From Nitrosospira multiformis ATCC 25196 (lineage in GTDB: Bacteria; Pseudomonadota; Gammaproteobacteria; Burkholderiales; Nitrosomonadaceae): 32,000 bases of DNA. The notes below the pieces were generated by a model. It saw only the letters and a list, made by a program, of their open reading frames with translations. It was not told where the DNA came from and made no database searches. The stretch is from positions 1,260,001 to 1,292,000 of the forward strand of contig NC_007614.1 in assembly GCF_000196355.1 (NCBI RefSeq), in the 5' to 3' direction. The first letter of the stretch is position 1. Each line of letters starts with the position of its first letter. The position numbers and the translations under genes were made by a program. Below are positions 11,333 through 20,907 of the stretch, one piece after another.

Positions 11333-12778
11333 ATGAATTTTATGCTGCCTAATTTCGCGCCAGCCTATCCGGAAATATTCCTTCTGGTGATGGTGTGCGG
11401 AGTATTAATGGCTGATCTTGCCTGGGGCGACAAGAAGCCCGGCACTGCCTATCTTTTAGCCCAACTGACGTTGTTCGGCTGCATGCTGATCACCTTCGGT
11501 ACCTTGCAACCCGACACAGTCCATACGTTTTCCGGCATGTTTGTCGATGACAGGCTCGCCGACATTCTCAAGATGCTGGTTTATATCACCGTCTCCATAG
11601 TCCTGGTTTATTCCCGTACTTATATTTCGGAGCGGGGAATACTCAGCGGAGAATTCTTCAGCCTGGCGCTGTTCGCGACCCTCGGAATGATGGTCATGAT
11701 TTCCGCCACCCACTTCATGACACTCTACCTGGGGTTGGAACTCCTTTCCTTGTCCCTCTATGCGATGGTTGCGTTGAGGCGTGACTCGGCAGGAGCCACG
11801 GAGGCCGCAATAAAGTTTTTTGTCCTGGGTGCTCTGGCATCCGGCTTTCTGCTGTATGGCATGTCGATGATTTATGGGGCCACTGGCTCGCTTGATATCG
11901 CCAGTGTGACAAAAGCGATCGAAGGCGGAATCATCAGCCGGGGTGTGCTGGTTGTCGGTCTGGTTTTCATTGTGGCCGGCATTAGTTTCAAGCTGAGCGC
12001 AGCGCCTTTCCATATGTGGGCGCCCGATGTTTATGAAGGAGCGTCTTCAGCAGTGGTGCTGTTTGTCGGTTCAGCGCCGAAGCTCGCGGCATTCGGTTTT
12101 GTCATGCGCCTGCTGGTGGAAGGCCTGGGTGCAATGTCCGGCGACTGGCAGGGCATGCTGATCATACTTGCAATCACGTCAATGGTGATCGGCAATATTG
12201 CCGCTATCGCCCAGAGCAACATCAAGCGCATGCTGGCCTATTCCACCATCTCGCACATGGGGTTCATGCTGCTTGGCCTTATCGGCGCGAATGAAAACGG
12301 CTACAGTGCCGCAATGTTTTACGTCGTGGTCTACGTGCTCATGACAATGGGTACGTTCGGCATTATCATGCTTCTCTCGCGCGCGGGTTTTGAAGCCGAC
12401 AAACTGGATGATTACAAAGGGCTCAACCGGCGCAATCCATGGTATGCTTTTATCATGCTGCTGCTGATGTTCTCCATGGCTGGCATCCCCCCCACCGTGG
12501 GCATTTATGCCAAGCTGTCAGTGCTTCAGGCCGTGCTGAACGCAGGGTACACCTGGCTCGCCGTGCTGGCTGTGCTCCTTTCGCTGATCGGGGTATTCTA
12601 TTACCTGCGTATCGTCAAGCTCATGTATTTCGACGAGCCTGAAACCGATGCGGTCATCGCACCAAAAGGTGACGTAAAGGTATTGCTGAGCGCCAACGGC
12701 CTCGCAATACTCGCATTCGGCATCTTCCCCCAGTCGCTTATTGCCCTCTGCACCTACGCGATACAGCAATCTGCTTGA
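11333..12778 (+). CDS. nuoN: NADH-quinone oxidoreductase subunit N
   Basis: 481-aa antiporter-like membrane ORF ([29 protein letters not shown]). AAGGA lies 6-10 nt upstream of the ATG. It is the last gene of the operon. Confidence 0.94.
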   Translation: MNFMLPNFAPAYPEIFLLVMVCGVLMADLAWGDKKPGTAYLLAQLTLFGCMLITFGTLQPDTVHTFSGMFVDDRLADILKMLVYITVSIVLVYSRTYISERGILSGEFFSLALFATLGMMVMISATHFMTLYLGLELLSLSLYAMVALRRDSAGATEAAIKFFVLGALASGFLLYGMSMIYGATGSLDIASVTKAIEGGIISRGVLVVGLVFIVAGISFKLSAAPFHMWAPDVYEGASSAVVLFVGSAPKLAAFGFVMRLLVEGLGAMSGDWQGMLIILAITSMVIGNIAAIAQSNIKRMLAYSTISHMGFMLLGLIGANENGYSAAMFYVVVYVLMTMGTFGIIMLLSRAGFEADKLDDYKGLNRRNPWYAFIMLLLMFSMAGIPPTVGIYAKLSVLQAVLNAGYTWLAVLAVLLSLIGVFYYLRIVKLMYFDEPETDAVIAPKGDVKVLLSANGLAILAFGIFPQSLIALCTYAIQQSA

Positions 12779-12798
12779 TCCGCCTTTCCGCATCACAA

Positions 12799-12829
12799 GC
12801 CGCCTATTCCTGCATAAGGGACAGGCGGC
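12799..12829. terminator. GC-rich hairpin between convergent nuoN and the permease gene (possible bidirectional terminator)
   Basis: GCCGCCT (12799-12805) pairs with AGGCGGC (12823-12829) around a 17-nt partly self-pairing loop, starting 20 nt after the nuoN stop. No clear U-tract on either strand. Confidence 0.25.
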
Positions 12830-12947
12830 GCTTGCAGACGATTCCGTATCTGGACGCGTGAAGAGGTTTCCATTTATTGCACGCAGAACCGCGCCTGCTC
12901 TCTCTTCCTTATAGAGGAGGTGCGGCAACGGGCAACTCCAATGGAAG

Positions 12948-14057
12948 TTAACCAATGAATAGCAACAGATAGACGAAAGTACCCGTGACGAGCAGAAATG
13001 GCAGGGAGTAGGCATGAAATATCAACCATGCTTTTCTGTCCCGGGCGAGCCGTAGGGCTATTAAATTGGCGAGAGAGCCCAATACTAAGCCAAATCCCCC
13101 AACGTTCACTGCGTAGGCAATCAGTTGCCAGTTGCTTGAATAACCGGCCAATAAAATTGCAGCAGGCACATTGCTCATGATCTGTGCAAGCCCGATCCCC
13201 GCAAAGTAAAGCCGCTCAGGCTCGTCCAGCCTCAATTCTGTAAAAAATGAATGAATAGTGTGGCTATCAGCAATAAGGCGCATGTTCACGAACATGAGGG
13301 CAAGTACGAGAATGAGGCCCCAATCCACATTCCCGAGAATGCTGCGATGCCGGATAAAGAAGACCATGAGTATCAGCAAAACCGCCAGTTCCGCCTGATG
13401 GAGATCAATAAGAATCAGAAATGGTAGATAGAGAATCAAGGATGAATGGAATAGCCTGTTGTTCGCTATTGGCATATCAACCTCTTCCCTGACCTGAATG
13501 CGATTGCTATCGAACATGAATGCGATCAACACCAGGAGACTGGTGATGAGGATGAGCGCTAGAGGCAGCATCGCTTGTACGTATTCGTGAAAGGATACAC
13601 CGGATACTTTCCACAAAAACAGGTTTTGTGGGTTGCCGATCGGTGTAAGAGCTGAACCTGCATTTACAGCCAATGCCTCGACCACGATGAGGCGCGTCAC
13701 AGGAATCACGCCGGCACCATGCAAGCCCGTGGTCAACGGCACCATTATGAACAGGGCGACATCGTTGGTCAGCGCCATGGAAAGTAACGCTGCTGCCAGA
13801 ACGAGCAATACTGCAAGGGATCGGCTGGTGCGCATGATTTCTATCAGTCGTTTGCCGAGGCGGTGCAGATAGCCGGAGAGTTCAATACCTTTGGCAAGTA
13901 TGAGCAATCCCGCTACGCCACTGAGGGTGGGCCAGTCTACGAGGCCAGGATATGAAAAGAGTCGTGCAGGCTCCGCTATGGTCAGGACGGTGAGGAGTCC
14001 GGCAAGAAACCACAGCAGATAATCCTTCCGCCAGATTTGAATGGATAATTGAATCAT
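12948..14057 (-). CDS. YbiR-family anion permease (ArsB/NhaD ion-transporter superfamily), substrate unknown
   Basis: 369-aa polytopic ORF. It reads colinear with E. coli YbiR as I recall it (VDWPTLSGVAGLLILAKGIELSGY..., LTNDVALFIMVPLT, LAVNAGSALTPIGNPQNLFLW, NVGGFGLVLGSLANLIALR). Confidence 0.85.
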   Translation of the reverse strand: MIQLSIQIWRKDYLLWFLAGLLTVLTIAEPARLFSYPGLVDWPTLSGVAGLLILAKGIELSGYLHRLGKRLIEIMRTSRSLAVLLVLAAALLSMALTNDVALFIMVPLTTGLHGAGVIPVTRLIVVEALAVNAGSALTPIGNPQNLFLWKVSGVSFHEYVQAMLPLALILITSLLVLIAFMFDSNRIQVREEVDMPIANNRLFHSSLILYLPFLILIDLHQAELAVLLILMVFFIRHRSILGNVDWGLILVLALMFVNMRLIADSHTIHSFFTELRLDEPERLYFAGIGLAQIMSNVPAAILLAGYSSNWQLIAYAVNVGGFGLVLGSLANLIALRLARDRKAWLIFHAYSLPFLLVTGTFVYLLLFIG

Positions 14058-14073
14058 TCCCGCATCTTACTGA

Positions 14074-14196
14074 GGAAGCGCCGAAGAATCGCAGGCTTCC
14101 AAATTTATAAGCAATGAATGCTGCCGATTGGACGCAATATTGGCTTGGCAGTCTCATTCTTTGGCGGTAATTCACCGCCAGATTTGCTGTTTTTTT
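14074..14196. other. Compact three-hairpin element plus T7 run upstream of the permease gene (candidate 5' leader on the minus strand, or small RNA with terminator on the plus strand)
   Basis: Three hairpins: GGAAGC 14074-14079 / GCTTCC 14095-14100; CTGCC 14121-14125 / GGCAG 14147-14151; TGGCGGT 14162-14168 / ACCGCCA 14174-14180 with loop AATTC. On the plus strand these are followed by GATTTGCTG and TTTTTTT (14190-14196). Confidence 0.3.
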
Positions 14197-14662
14197 CTGC
14201 TTCATCCCCCGTAACTAGGGATGTTTGAAAAGAGCTTCGAGTTTTAACAATCTTGATCTGTATATTTCTAAATTAAAGCCTCCTGTTCTAACCCGACAAC
14301 ACAACTGCCGGGAACATAAAAAGTTGTCCATGAAAGAAATTCGTGGCGTTTTAAAGAGGGCGATGGAAATCTATAAACGGAGCTCCCTTTTCGAAAGTAC
14401 GTTTTCTCGCGCAACTATTGCCACGTTATCCAACCTAAACCTTCAGAACCCGCTAACCCAGTAGATCCAATATCGTTCAGGGCTTGTTTGCATAACGCGA
14501 CGGGTGAAGACGATGAACGCTGGATTCAAGCTCAAGCTGATATCCCACATGACCTCCAAAGGGGCAAATATGGGGCCTGGCGTTCGAAATTTTGTAGCGT
14601 CCGGATATTCCACGGGGAAATAACCGCTCGGTGTTCCAGGTACGCGATATCATTTTTAAGCC

Positions 14663-15115
14663 TCAAGATCTTATAATATCGCCGTCCACATAGAACCATT
14701 GCCCGTTCTTACGCACGAAGCGGCTGATTTCATGCAAACGGTGCGCGCGCCCATCCACCTTGTAACGTGCCACGAATTCCACCATGGCGTGATCCGGCCC
14801 TGGCTGTTCATGAAGTTTCACTTCCAGTCCCAGCCATTTTTCATGCTGTTTATTTTCCAATCCAAGTGATGCTGGGCGCGTGTCTTGATTCCAGGTCGCC
14901 AGCAGGTATTCTTCACGACCGAGGGCGTATGCAGTATAGCGCGAACGCATCAATGCTTCCGCTGTGGGAACTGTTTCGCCGTCATCCAGGTAGCGGCCGC
15001 AGCAGTCAGCATACTTTTTGCCGCTATTCGCGGAAGGACGAGCCTGCCGAGTTCCCGCTGGTCTCGCTGTTATCTCCGTGTAACCGCACGGACAGGACGT
15101 CGTTTTTGCATTCAT
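14663..15115 (-). CDS. ychJ: YchJ-family (UPF0225) SEC-C-motif protein
   Basis: 150-aa ORF with an N-terminal CPCG...CC zinc-ribbon-like motif, MRSRYTAYA, and a C-terminal NTF2-like part ending NGQWFYVDG. Confidence 0.85.
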   Translation of the reverse strand: MNAKTTSCPCGYTEITARPAGTRQARPSANSGKKYADCCGRYLDDGETVPTAEALMRSRYTAYALGREEYLLATWNQDTRPASLGLENKQHEKWLGLEVKLHEQPGPDHAMVEFVARYKVDGRAHRLHEISRFVRKNGQWFYVDGDIIRS

Positions 15116-15139
15116 ATAAACTTGTCATAAAGACTTAAA

Positions 15140-15160
15140 ATGGAAACTTCAATTTTCCAT
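15140..15160 (-). terminator. Weak AT-rich hairpin downstream of srkA
   Basis: ATGGAAA (15140-15146) pairs with TTTCCAT (15154-15160) around a 7-nt loop. On the minus strand it is followed by TTTAAGTCTTTAT. The stem is AT-rich, so the call is weak. Confidence 0.25.
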
Positions 15161-15223
15161 GATCATGATCGGGTGCATGTGGAACAATAAACTTGGGAGC
15201 AACGATCATGCCTGTAAATCCTG

Positions 15224-16222
15224 TCATAGCGGCGGTTCATCCATAAGGGCGATCTGCTCCCGCAATTCGAGAATGCGATCCTGCCAGTAGCGTTGGGTGT
15301 TGAACCAGGGAAACGCTCGCTTGAAAGCAGGGTCGTCCCATCGCTGTGCAAGCCACGCCGCGTAGTGGATCAAGCGCAGAGTGCGTAACGCCTCGACCAG
15401 ATGCAATTCCCTTTCGTCGAAATCGAAGAAGTTTTCATACCCGGCCAGCACGCTGTCCAACTGCTTCCTCATGTCGGCCCGTTCGCCGGATAACAGCATC
15501 CACAAGTCCTGTACTGCTGGTCCCATGCGGCTGTCGTCAAAATCGACGAAGTGCGGTCCATCGTCAGTCCACAAAACATTGCCTGCATGACAGTCCCCGT
15601 GCAGGCGTAACGCGCGTACTTTACCTGCGCGTCCAAAACAGTGCCGTGCACTGTCTAACGCCTGATTCACGGCACTGCGATAGGCAGCCTCAATATCAGG
15701 CGGAACGAATCCATGTGCCAACAGATAGTCGCGGGGTTGTTCGCCGAAGTTGGCGATATTCAATTCCGGGCGTTCAAGAAAGGGATTCAGTGCGCCAACC
15801 GCATGGATACGTCCTAGGAAGCGCCCCATCCATTCCAGGGTATGGGGATCTTCCAGTTCGGGCGCGCGACCACCATGCCTTGGAAAAACAGTGAAACGAA
15901 ATCCCTCAAAATAATGCAGCGATATTCCTTGCAGCACCAATGGGGGTACTACAGGAATTTCGTGCTCGGCCAGTTCCCGCACGAACGCGTGTTCCTCGAG
16001 AATGGCGTTGTTCGTCCAGCGTTCCGGGCGGTAGAATTTTGCTATGACTGGCGCACCGTTTTCGAGGCCGATTTGGTAGACGCGGTTCTCGTAGCTGTTG
16101 AGTGCCAGCAGCCGTCCATCGCTGTGGAAACCCAAGCTTTCCAAAGCATGCAACACGCGTTCAGGAGAAAGCGTGGAGAAATCATTTGGAGCCGAATTAT
16201 CTGCTGTTCCCACACCGGTCAC
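15224..16222 (-). CDS. srkA: Stress-response serine/threonine kinase SrkA (RdoA/YihE family)
   Basis: 332-aa ORF with a GTG start. It shows LNSYENRVYQ, KFYRPERW, and the kinase catalytic and Mg-binding region LHGDCHAGNVLW...FVDFDD, as in E. coli YihE. Confidence 0.9.
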   Translation of the reverse strand: MTGVGTADNSAPNDFSTLSPERVLHALESLGFHSDGRLLALNSYENRVYQIGLENGAPVIAKFYRPERWTNNAILEEHAFVRELAEHEIPVVPPLVLQGISLHYFEGFRFTVFPRHGGRAPELEDPHTLEWMGRFLGRIHAVGALNPFLERPELNIANFGEQPRDYLLAHGFVPPDIEAAYRSAVNQALDSARHCFGRAGKVRALRLHGDCHAGNVLWTDDGPHFVDFDDSRMGPAVQDLWMLLSGERADMRKQLDSVLAGYENFFDFDERELHLVEALRTLRLIHYAAWLAQRWDDPAFKRAFPWFNTQRYWQDRILELREQIALMDEPPL

Positions 16223-16274
16223 TCAAATGAAGGCTGCCCGGAATTGTTGGTTGCGCTCGTTTTGCATTGCCTGC

Positions 16275-17390
16275 TCAAGGTTTCCTGTAGCTGATCCGAT
16301 AAATCACCCCGGCGAAATCATCCGACACGAGCAGTGCCCCGTCCGGCATCACCAGCACATCCACGGGTCTTCCCCAATTTTTTTCATTTTCCAGCCAGCC
16401 TTCGGCAAACACTTCCTGCTTTATCACCTTGTTGTTCTTTATCTTTGCGAACTCGATGCGGTAGCCGATTTTATTGCGCCGGTTCCATGAGCCATGTTCG
16501 GCTATAAAGATGCTGTTGCGATATTGGGGAGGAAACATGGTCCCTGTATAGAAGCGCATCCCCAGGGCGCCTGCGTGCGGGGGAAGTTTCGCTGCGGGTG
16601 AAACGAGCTTGCGGCAATCCCGCTTTGCACCGTATTTCGGGTCAAGGATGTCGTCGGAATGGCAGTAGGGATAGCCGAAATGCATTCCCTTTTTTGGCGC
16701 ACGGTTGAGTTCGTCCGGCGGCAAGTTGTCTCCCATCCAGTCCCGACCGTTATCGGTAAACCACAATTCCTTTGTTTCGGGATGCCAATCGAATCCTACC
16801 GAGTTTCGTATCCCGTATGCGAAGACCTCATAGTTCGAGCCATCCGGATTGATGCGGGAAATCAGCGAAAACTTCTCCGGCTCCGTTTCGCAGACATTGC
16901 ATGGAGCGCCCACCGCCACATACAGAAGACCATCCGGGCCAAAACCTATATATCTGCCCCCATGGTGTTTCTCGTTGGGAAATCGTTCGGTGACAACGTA
17001 CGGTTTTCCGGGCTGATCGAGTTTTTCCTCAATACCGTCAAAACGCAGGATGCGGTCGACCGAGGAGGCATATAACGCGCCATCGCGAAAGGCGACCCCT
17101 ATGGGAAGATTAAGCCCTCTGGCGATGGTTTTTACTTCACGCTCCCCTCCATTGTCCCTGATGGCATAGACATTCCCCTCGTCCATCGAGCCTGCAAACA
17201 CCGTGCCGTTTTTTCCCAGTGCCAGTCCCCGCGCGTTCGGTACTTCAGCCCACACTTCGATCGAAAATCCGGCCGGTAACTTGATCTTGTCCAGCGGCAG
17301 CTTGCCGGTTTTGCTGTCTGCCATCGCAGGTAAGCCATAACAGAGCAGGCAAGTGGCCATGAAACGTATGAGAATTTTTGTGATGGGCAT
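16275..17390 (-). CDS. Secreted PQQ-dependent sugar (sorbosone/glucose-type) dehydrogenase, beta-propeller
   Basis: 371-aa ORF with a signal peptide (MPITKILIRFMATCLLCYGLPAMA/DS). Family-typical strings are present: GLNLPIGVAF, HHGGRYIGFGPDGLLYVAVGAPCNVCE, YGIRNSVGFDWHP, LWFTDNGRDWMGDNLPPDELN. Confidence 0.88.
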   Translation of the reverse strand: MPITKILIRFMATCLLCYGLPAMADSKTGKLPLDKIKLPAGFSIEVWAEVPNARGLALGKNGTVFAGSMDEGNVYAIRDNGGEREVKTIARGLNLPIGVAFRDGALYASSVDRILRFDGIEEKLDQPGKPYVVTERFPNEKHHGGRYIGFGPDGLLYVAVGAPCNVCETEPEKFSLISRINPDGSNYEVFAYGIRNSVGFDWHPETKELWFTDNGRDWMGDNLPPDELNRAPKKGMHFGYPYCHSDDILDPKYGAKRDCRKLVSPAAKLPPHAGALGMRFYTGTMFPPQYRNSIFIAEHGSWNRRNKIGYRIEFAKIKNNKVIKQEVFAEGWLENEKNWGRPVDVLVMPDGALLVSDDFAGVIYRISYRKP

Positions 17391-17499
17391 GGTCAGACTC
17401 CGGTTTAACGATATTCAGAAATCAAATCGAGTGTATGCGGCAAATGAAGGAATAGGGCAGAGAGATAGCGCGGAAAATGATCGGTATGAAGCTTTTCAA

Positions 17500-17528
17500 C
17501 TTGAAAATCCCGGATTTGCCCTTATTTA
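17500..17528 (+). promoter_or_regulatory. Sigma-32 (heat-shock) type promoter of htpG
   Basis: CTTGAAA (17500-17506), a 12-nt spacer, then CCCTTATTTA (17519-17528). Compare the E. coli RpoH consensus CTTGAA-N13-14-CCCCATnTA. It lies about 30 nt upstream of the htpG ATG. Confidence 0.6.
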
Positions 17529-17557
17529 TTTTATTGCATTTTTTTTGGAGGAAAACA

Positions 17558-19477
17558 ATGGAAGCAACGGCTACAAAAGAACATTTGAATTTTCAGACCG
17601 AGGTCAAGCAACTCCTCAAGCTGATGATCCATTCCCTGTATAGTAACAAGGAAATTTTCTTGCGCGAACTGATTTCCAACGCGTCGGATGCTGCCGACAA
17701 GCTGCGGTTCGAAGCCTTGACCGACGGGGCGCTGTACGAATCTGATTCGGATCTGAAAATACGTGTAAGTTACGATAAGGAGGCACGCACCATTACTGTT
17801 GCCGATAATGGCATCGGCATGTCGCGGCAGGAGGTGATAGACCATATCGGTACTATTGCCAAATCCGGCACACGAGAATTCTTCGACGCACTAACCGGCG
17901 ACCAGGCCAAGGATGCGCACCTGATCGGCCAGTTCGGGGTGGGTTTTTATTCCGCATTCATTGTTGCTGACAAAGTGACGCTTACCACACGGCGCGCGGG
18001 CCTGACGCACGAACACGGGGTTCGCTGGGAATCGGGCGGTGAGGGAGATTACACCCTTGAGACAATCGATAAACCTGGCCGTGGCACTGAGGTAACCTTG
18101 CATTTGCGCGAAGGAGAGGATGAACTGCTCAATGGATGGCGGCTCCGCTCCATCATCCGCAAGTACTCGGACCATATCACCCTTCCCATCGTGATGAAAA
18201 AAGAGGAATGGTCCCAGGAAAAAAATGAAAACACCGTTACGGAAGAAGACGAAACCATCAACCAGGCAAGTGCCTTGTGGGCGCGGCCGAAAAACGAGAT
18301 CAGCGAAGAGCAGTACAACGAATTCTACAAGCATGTCGCGCATGATTTCGAACCTCCGCTGGCGTATGTGCATGCCAGGGTAGAGGGCAAGCAGGAATAT
18401 ACACAACTGCTCTACGTTCCTTCCCGCGCCCCGTTCGATCTGTATGACCGCGAATCCCGCCACGGCATCAAACTGTATGTCAGAAGAGTATTCATCATGG
18501 ATGATGCCAAACAGTTGCTGCCCAATTACCTGCGTTTCGTACGAGGAATAATAGATTCGAATGATCTGCCACTGAATGTTTCCCGCGAGATATTGCAGGA
18601 ATCGAAGGACATTGAAGCCATGCGGGCCGGCTCGGTGAAAAAGGTGCTGGGATTACTCGACGACCTGGCGCAAAGCGAAACCGACGAAGGGAAGGCCAAA
18701 TTCAAGACCTTCTGGAAGGAATTCGGACAGGTGATGAAAGAGGGGGTAGCGGAAGACTATGCCAACCGCGAGCGCATTGCCAAGCTGCTGCGCTTTGTTT
18801 CTACCCATTCCGATTCGGAAGAGCAGGACGTCTCCCTGAGCGATTATGTGGGGCGCATGAAGGACGGGCAGGAGAAGATCTACTATGTCACCGCCGACAG
18901 TCTCACGGCGGCTAAAAGCAGTCCACACCTCGAAATTTTCCGCAAGAAAGACATTGAAGTCATTCTACTGTTCGATCGCGTGGATGAGTGGCTGGTGGCA
19001 AATCTGCCTGAGTTCGAGGGTAAACACCTGCAGTCCGTAGCAAAGGGCAGTCTCGATCTGGGTAAACTGGAGGACGAGGCGGAGAAAAAGGAACAGGAAA
19101 AAGAAGCGGGTGAATACAAGGAACTCACCGAGAAAATAAAAGAAGTGCTCGGCGAGCAGGTAAAGGATGTGCGGATCACCTTGCGTCTGACCGAGTCCCC
19201 CGCCTGCCTGGTGACGGAAACCCATGACATGAGCGGAAATCTGGAGCGGCTGCTTAAGTCTGCCGGGCAGAAGGTCACGCATACCAAACCTATCCTGGAA
19301 ATCAATCCGTACCATCCCATGGTAGAGCGCCTGAAATCGGAGGAGACTCATTTCGCCGACTGGAGCCACATTTTGTTCGACCAAGCGCTGTTGGCCGAGG
19401 GCGGGCAACTGGAGGATCCTGCCAGTTTTGTCAAACGTATCAATCAGTTGTTCCTGAGCACGGGGAGCAAGGAATAA
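17558..19477 (+). CDS. htpG: Molecular chaperone HtpG (Hsp90)
   Basis: The ATG at 17558 follows GGAGGAAAACA; the track ORF starts at 17477, upstream of the RBS and promoter. Hsp90 motifs: [33 protein letters not shown]. 639 aa. Confidence 0.96.
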   Translation: MEATATKEHLNFQTEVKQLLKLMIHSLYSNKEIFLRELISNASDAADKLRFEALTDGALYESDSDLKIRVSYDKEARTITVADNGIGMSRQEVIDHIGTIAKSGTREFFDALTGDQAKDAHLIGQFGVGFYSAFIVADKVTLTTRRAGLTHEHGVRWESGGEGDYTLETIDKPGRGTEVTLHLREGEDELLNGWRLRSIIRKYSDHITLPIVMKKEEWSQEKNENTVTEEDETINQASALWARPKNEISEEQYNEFYKHVAHDFEPPLAYVHARVEGKQEYTQLLYVPSRAPFDLYDRESRHGIKLYVRRVFIMDDAKQLLPNYLRFVRGIIDSNDLPLNVSREILQESKDIEAMRAGSVKKVLGLLDDLAQSETDEGKAKFKTFWKEFGQVMKEGVAEDYANRERIAKLLRFVSTHSDSEEQDVSLSDYVGRMKDGQEKIYYVTADSLTAAKSSPHLEIFRKKDIEVILLFDRVDEWLVANLPEFEGKHLQSVAKGSLDLGKLEDEAEKKEQEKEAGEYKELTEKIKEVLGEQVKDVRITLRLTESPACLVTETHDMSGNLERLLKSAGQKVTHTKPILEINPYHPMVERLKSEETHFADWSHILFDQALLAEGGQLEDPASFVKRINQLFLSTGSKE

Positions 19478-19622
19478 TTGGCAGGATATTTCCCCAAACG
19501 GGCAGGAGATCGGAAAGCGGTATGAAAACGGGTATTTGATCAACCAAGCCTGAAAATCCGTTTGTACCCTCGGCCCTCACGTATCCTGCCGGGTGTTTTG
19601 CGGCATCTTTGCGCTCCTGCCT

Positions 19623-19655
19623 CGCGCCAATAGTCCTGGCTATTGGTTCGGCGCG
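19623..19655. other. Hairpin between convergent htpG and the LysR gene
   Basis: CCAATAG (19627-19633) pairs with CTATTGG (19640-19646) around loop TCCTGG. An outer CGCG/CGCG pairing lies across a 5-nt bulge. There is no U-tract. Confidence 0.25.
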
Positions 19656-19719
19656 GGATGCGCAAATCTGCACCCGGAACACCTTGTCCCTCTCCCATGA
19701 TCCGGGTGAAATATCCGGG

Positions 19720-20628
19720 TCAGGAGGCAGCCAGGGTCGCGAATAGCTCCCGGTGGGCTGTGTCGTTGATGGCGACGACGGCGGGGTGTGTGAGACGGCG
19801 TTCCAGGGAGATGGCGTAAAACTGTTCGGTAACCTCGTCGGTGCAGCCGACAACAACAACGCCATGTTCACGCTGCACCTCGTCAGCTATTACGGATGGT
19901 GCAATGAAAATGCCGATGCCGGCCTGTCCGAATGCCTGCATCAATGCGCTATCGTCGAACTCTCCCACGATGTGGGGGCGGAGTTGGTGCACGTCGAACC
20001 ATCGCATCAATGGTAGCCGTATGGCGGCGTCTTTACCGGGAATGAGCAAGGGGGCCGCATCAAGAACATGAGGCCATTTTTTTTTGAAGGTTTTTGCAAG
20101 ACACGGCGCGGCAAAAAATGTAATGCCGCAGTTTCCCAGCTTATGGCTGTAGCCTTTCACATTCGCTTCATCCGGCATGGGGCGGTCGGCAAGTATCAGA
20201 TCGACTCGCTGGATCGCCAATTCCACCAGCAAACGCGCCAGTTTGTCCTCGCGGCAGACAATGCGTACAGGCGAAGCAAGTCCCATGGCAGGCGTTAACA
20301 ATCGGTAGGCGATGGACTTGGGGACGGCATCGTCGACACCCACCCGGAATGGAATCGCATGACGTTCCGGGCGGGCCCGCAATGCTTCTTCCAGTTCATT
20401 TCCAATCTGAAAGATTTCGTCGGCATACGAGAGGGCAAGTCGTCCTGTTTCGGTCAATTCAAGGCGTCTCCCCACTCGTAAAAAAAGTGGCACCCCCAGC
20501 GCGTCTTCCAATAATCCGATCTGGCCGCTCAGAGTCTGGGGCGTGAGATTCAGGCGTTCGCTTGCGCGGACAATGCTGCCTGCCTTGGCCACTGCCCAGA
20601 AATAATTCAATTGCTTGTAATTAAGCAT
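19720..20628 (-). CDS. LysR-family transcriptional regulator, NhaR-like
   Basis: 302-aa ORF. The N-terminal wHTH (MLNYKQLNYFWAVAKAGSIVRASERLNLTPQTLSGQIGLLE) closely parallels E. coli NhaR ([38 protein letters not shown]). It is divergent from the efflux operon. Confidence 0.88.
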   Translation of the reverse strand: MLNYKQLNYFWAVAKAGSIVRASERLNLTPQTLSGQIGLLEDALGVPLFLRVGRRLELTETGRLALSYADEIFQIGNELEEALRARPERHAIPFRVGVDDAVPKSIAYRLLTPAMGLASPVRIVCREDKLARLLVELAIQRVDLILADRPMPDEANVKGYSHKLGNCGITFFAAPCLAKTFKKKWPHVLDAAPLLIPGKDAAIRLPLMRWFDVHQLRPHIVGEFDDSALMQAFGQAGIGIFIAPSVIADEVQREHGVVVVGCTDEVTEQFYAISLERRLTHPAVVAINDTAHRELFATLAAS

Positions 20629-20907
20629 CGATATGCAAGCGAATACAATACTTCGTTAAAACCGATTATATCATCAGCAAGATACTACTTTCCTTGATGC
20701 AATTTCTCATCTAGACTAAATCCGATGAGCTTGGTGCCGTCATCTGTTTATTCCGCATTCGCTTTTGTTGATGTTCCTTTCGCCGTTTCCATCGATAACA
20801 GTGCTGCTGGCGTTCTTGTTCCGGTTGTTGAAACCCTCTTTCCCGCAGCCTCAACGTATGCAGTGCGATCGTTCAGGCGTCGCCTCGAAGAATTCAACGG
20901 GTAGTAC

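Noticed and set aside
14160-14200. Possible fluoride (crcB-motif) riboswitch upstream of the anion permease, because of GGCGGTGA...ACCGCC...AATGAGACTGCC on the minus strand.
   Set aside because: The stem is fully paired, so there is no AUGG internal loop for the pseudoknot. The P3 hairpin and the conserved CUxAUGAxUCCUAC tail are absent. YbiR-type permeases are not known fluoride exporters.
13882-14205. A 107-aa minus-strand ORF running from the leader region into the permease gene.
   Set aside because: It is out of frame with the permease, whose N-terminus aligns with YbiR from the ATG at 14057. The peptide is featureless. It is better explained as a chance ORF across the structured leader.
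14225-14676. Plus-strand ORFs 14225-14464 (79 aa, TTG start) and 14488-14676 (62 aa) considered as small genes.
   Set aside because: They have no SD, non-ATG starts, AT-rich rare-codon content and no recognisable motif. They are kept only as part of the gene-less interval finding.
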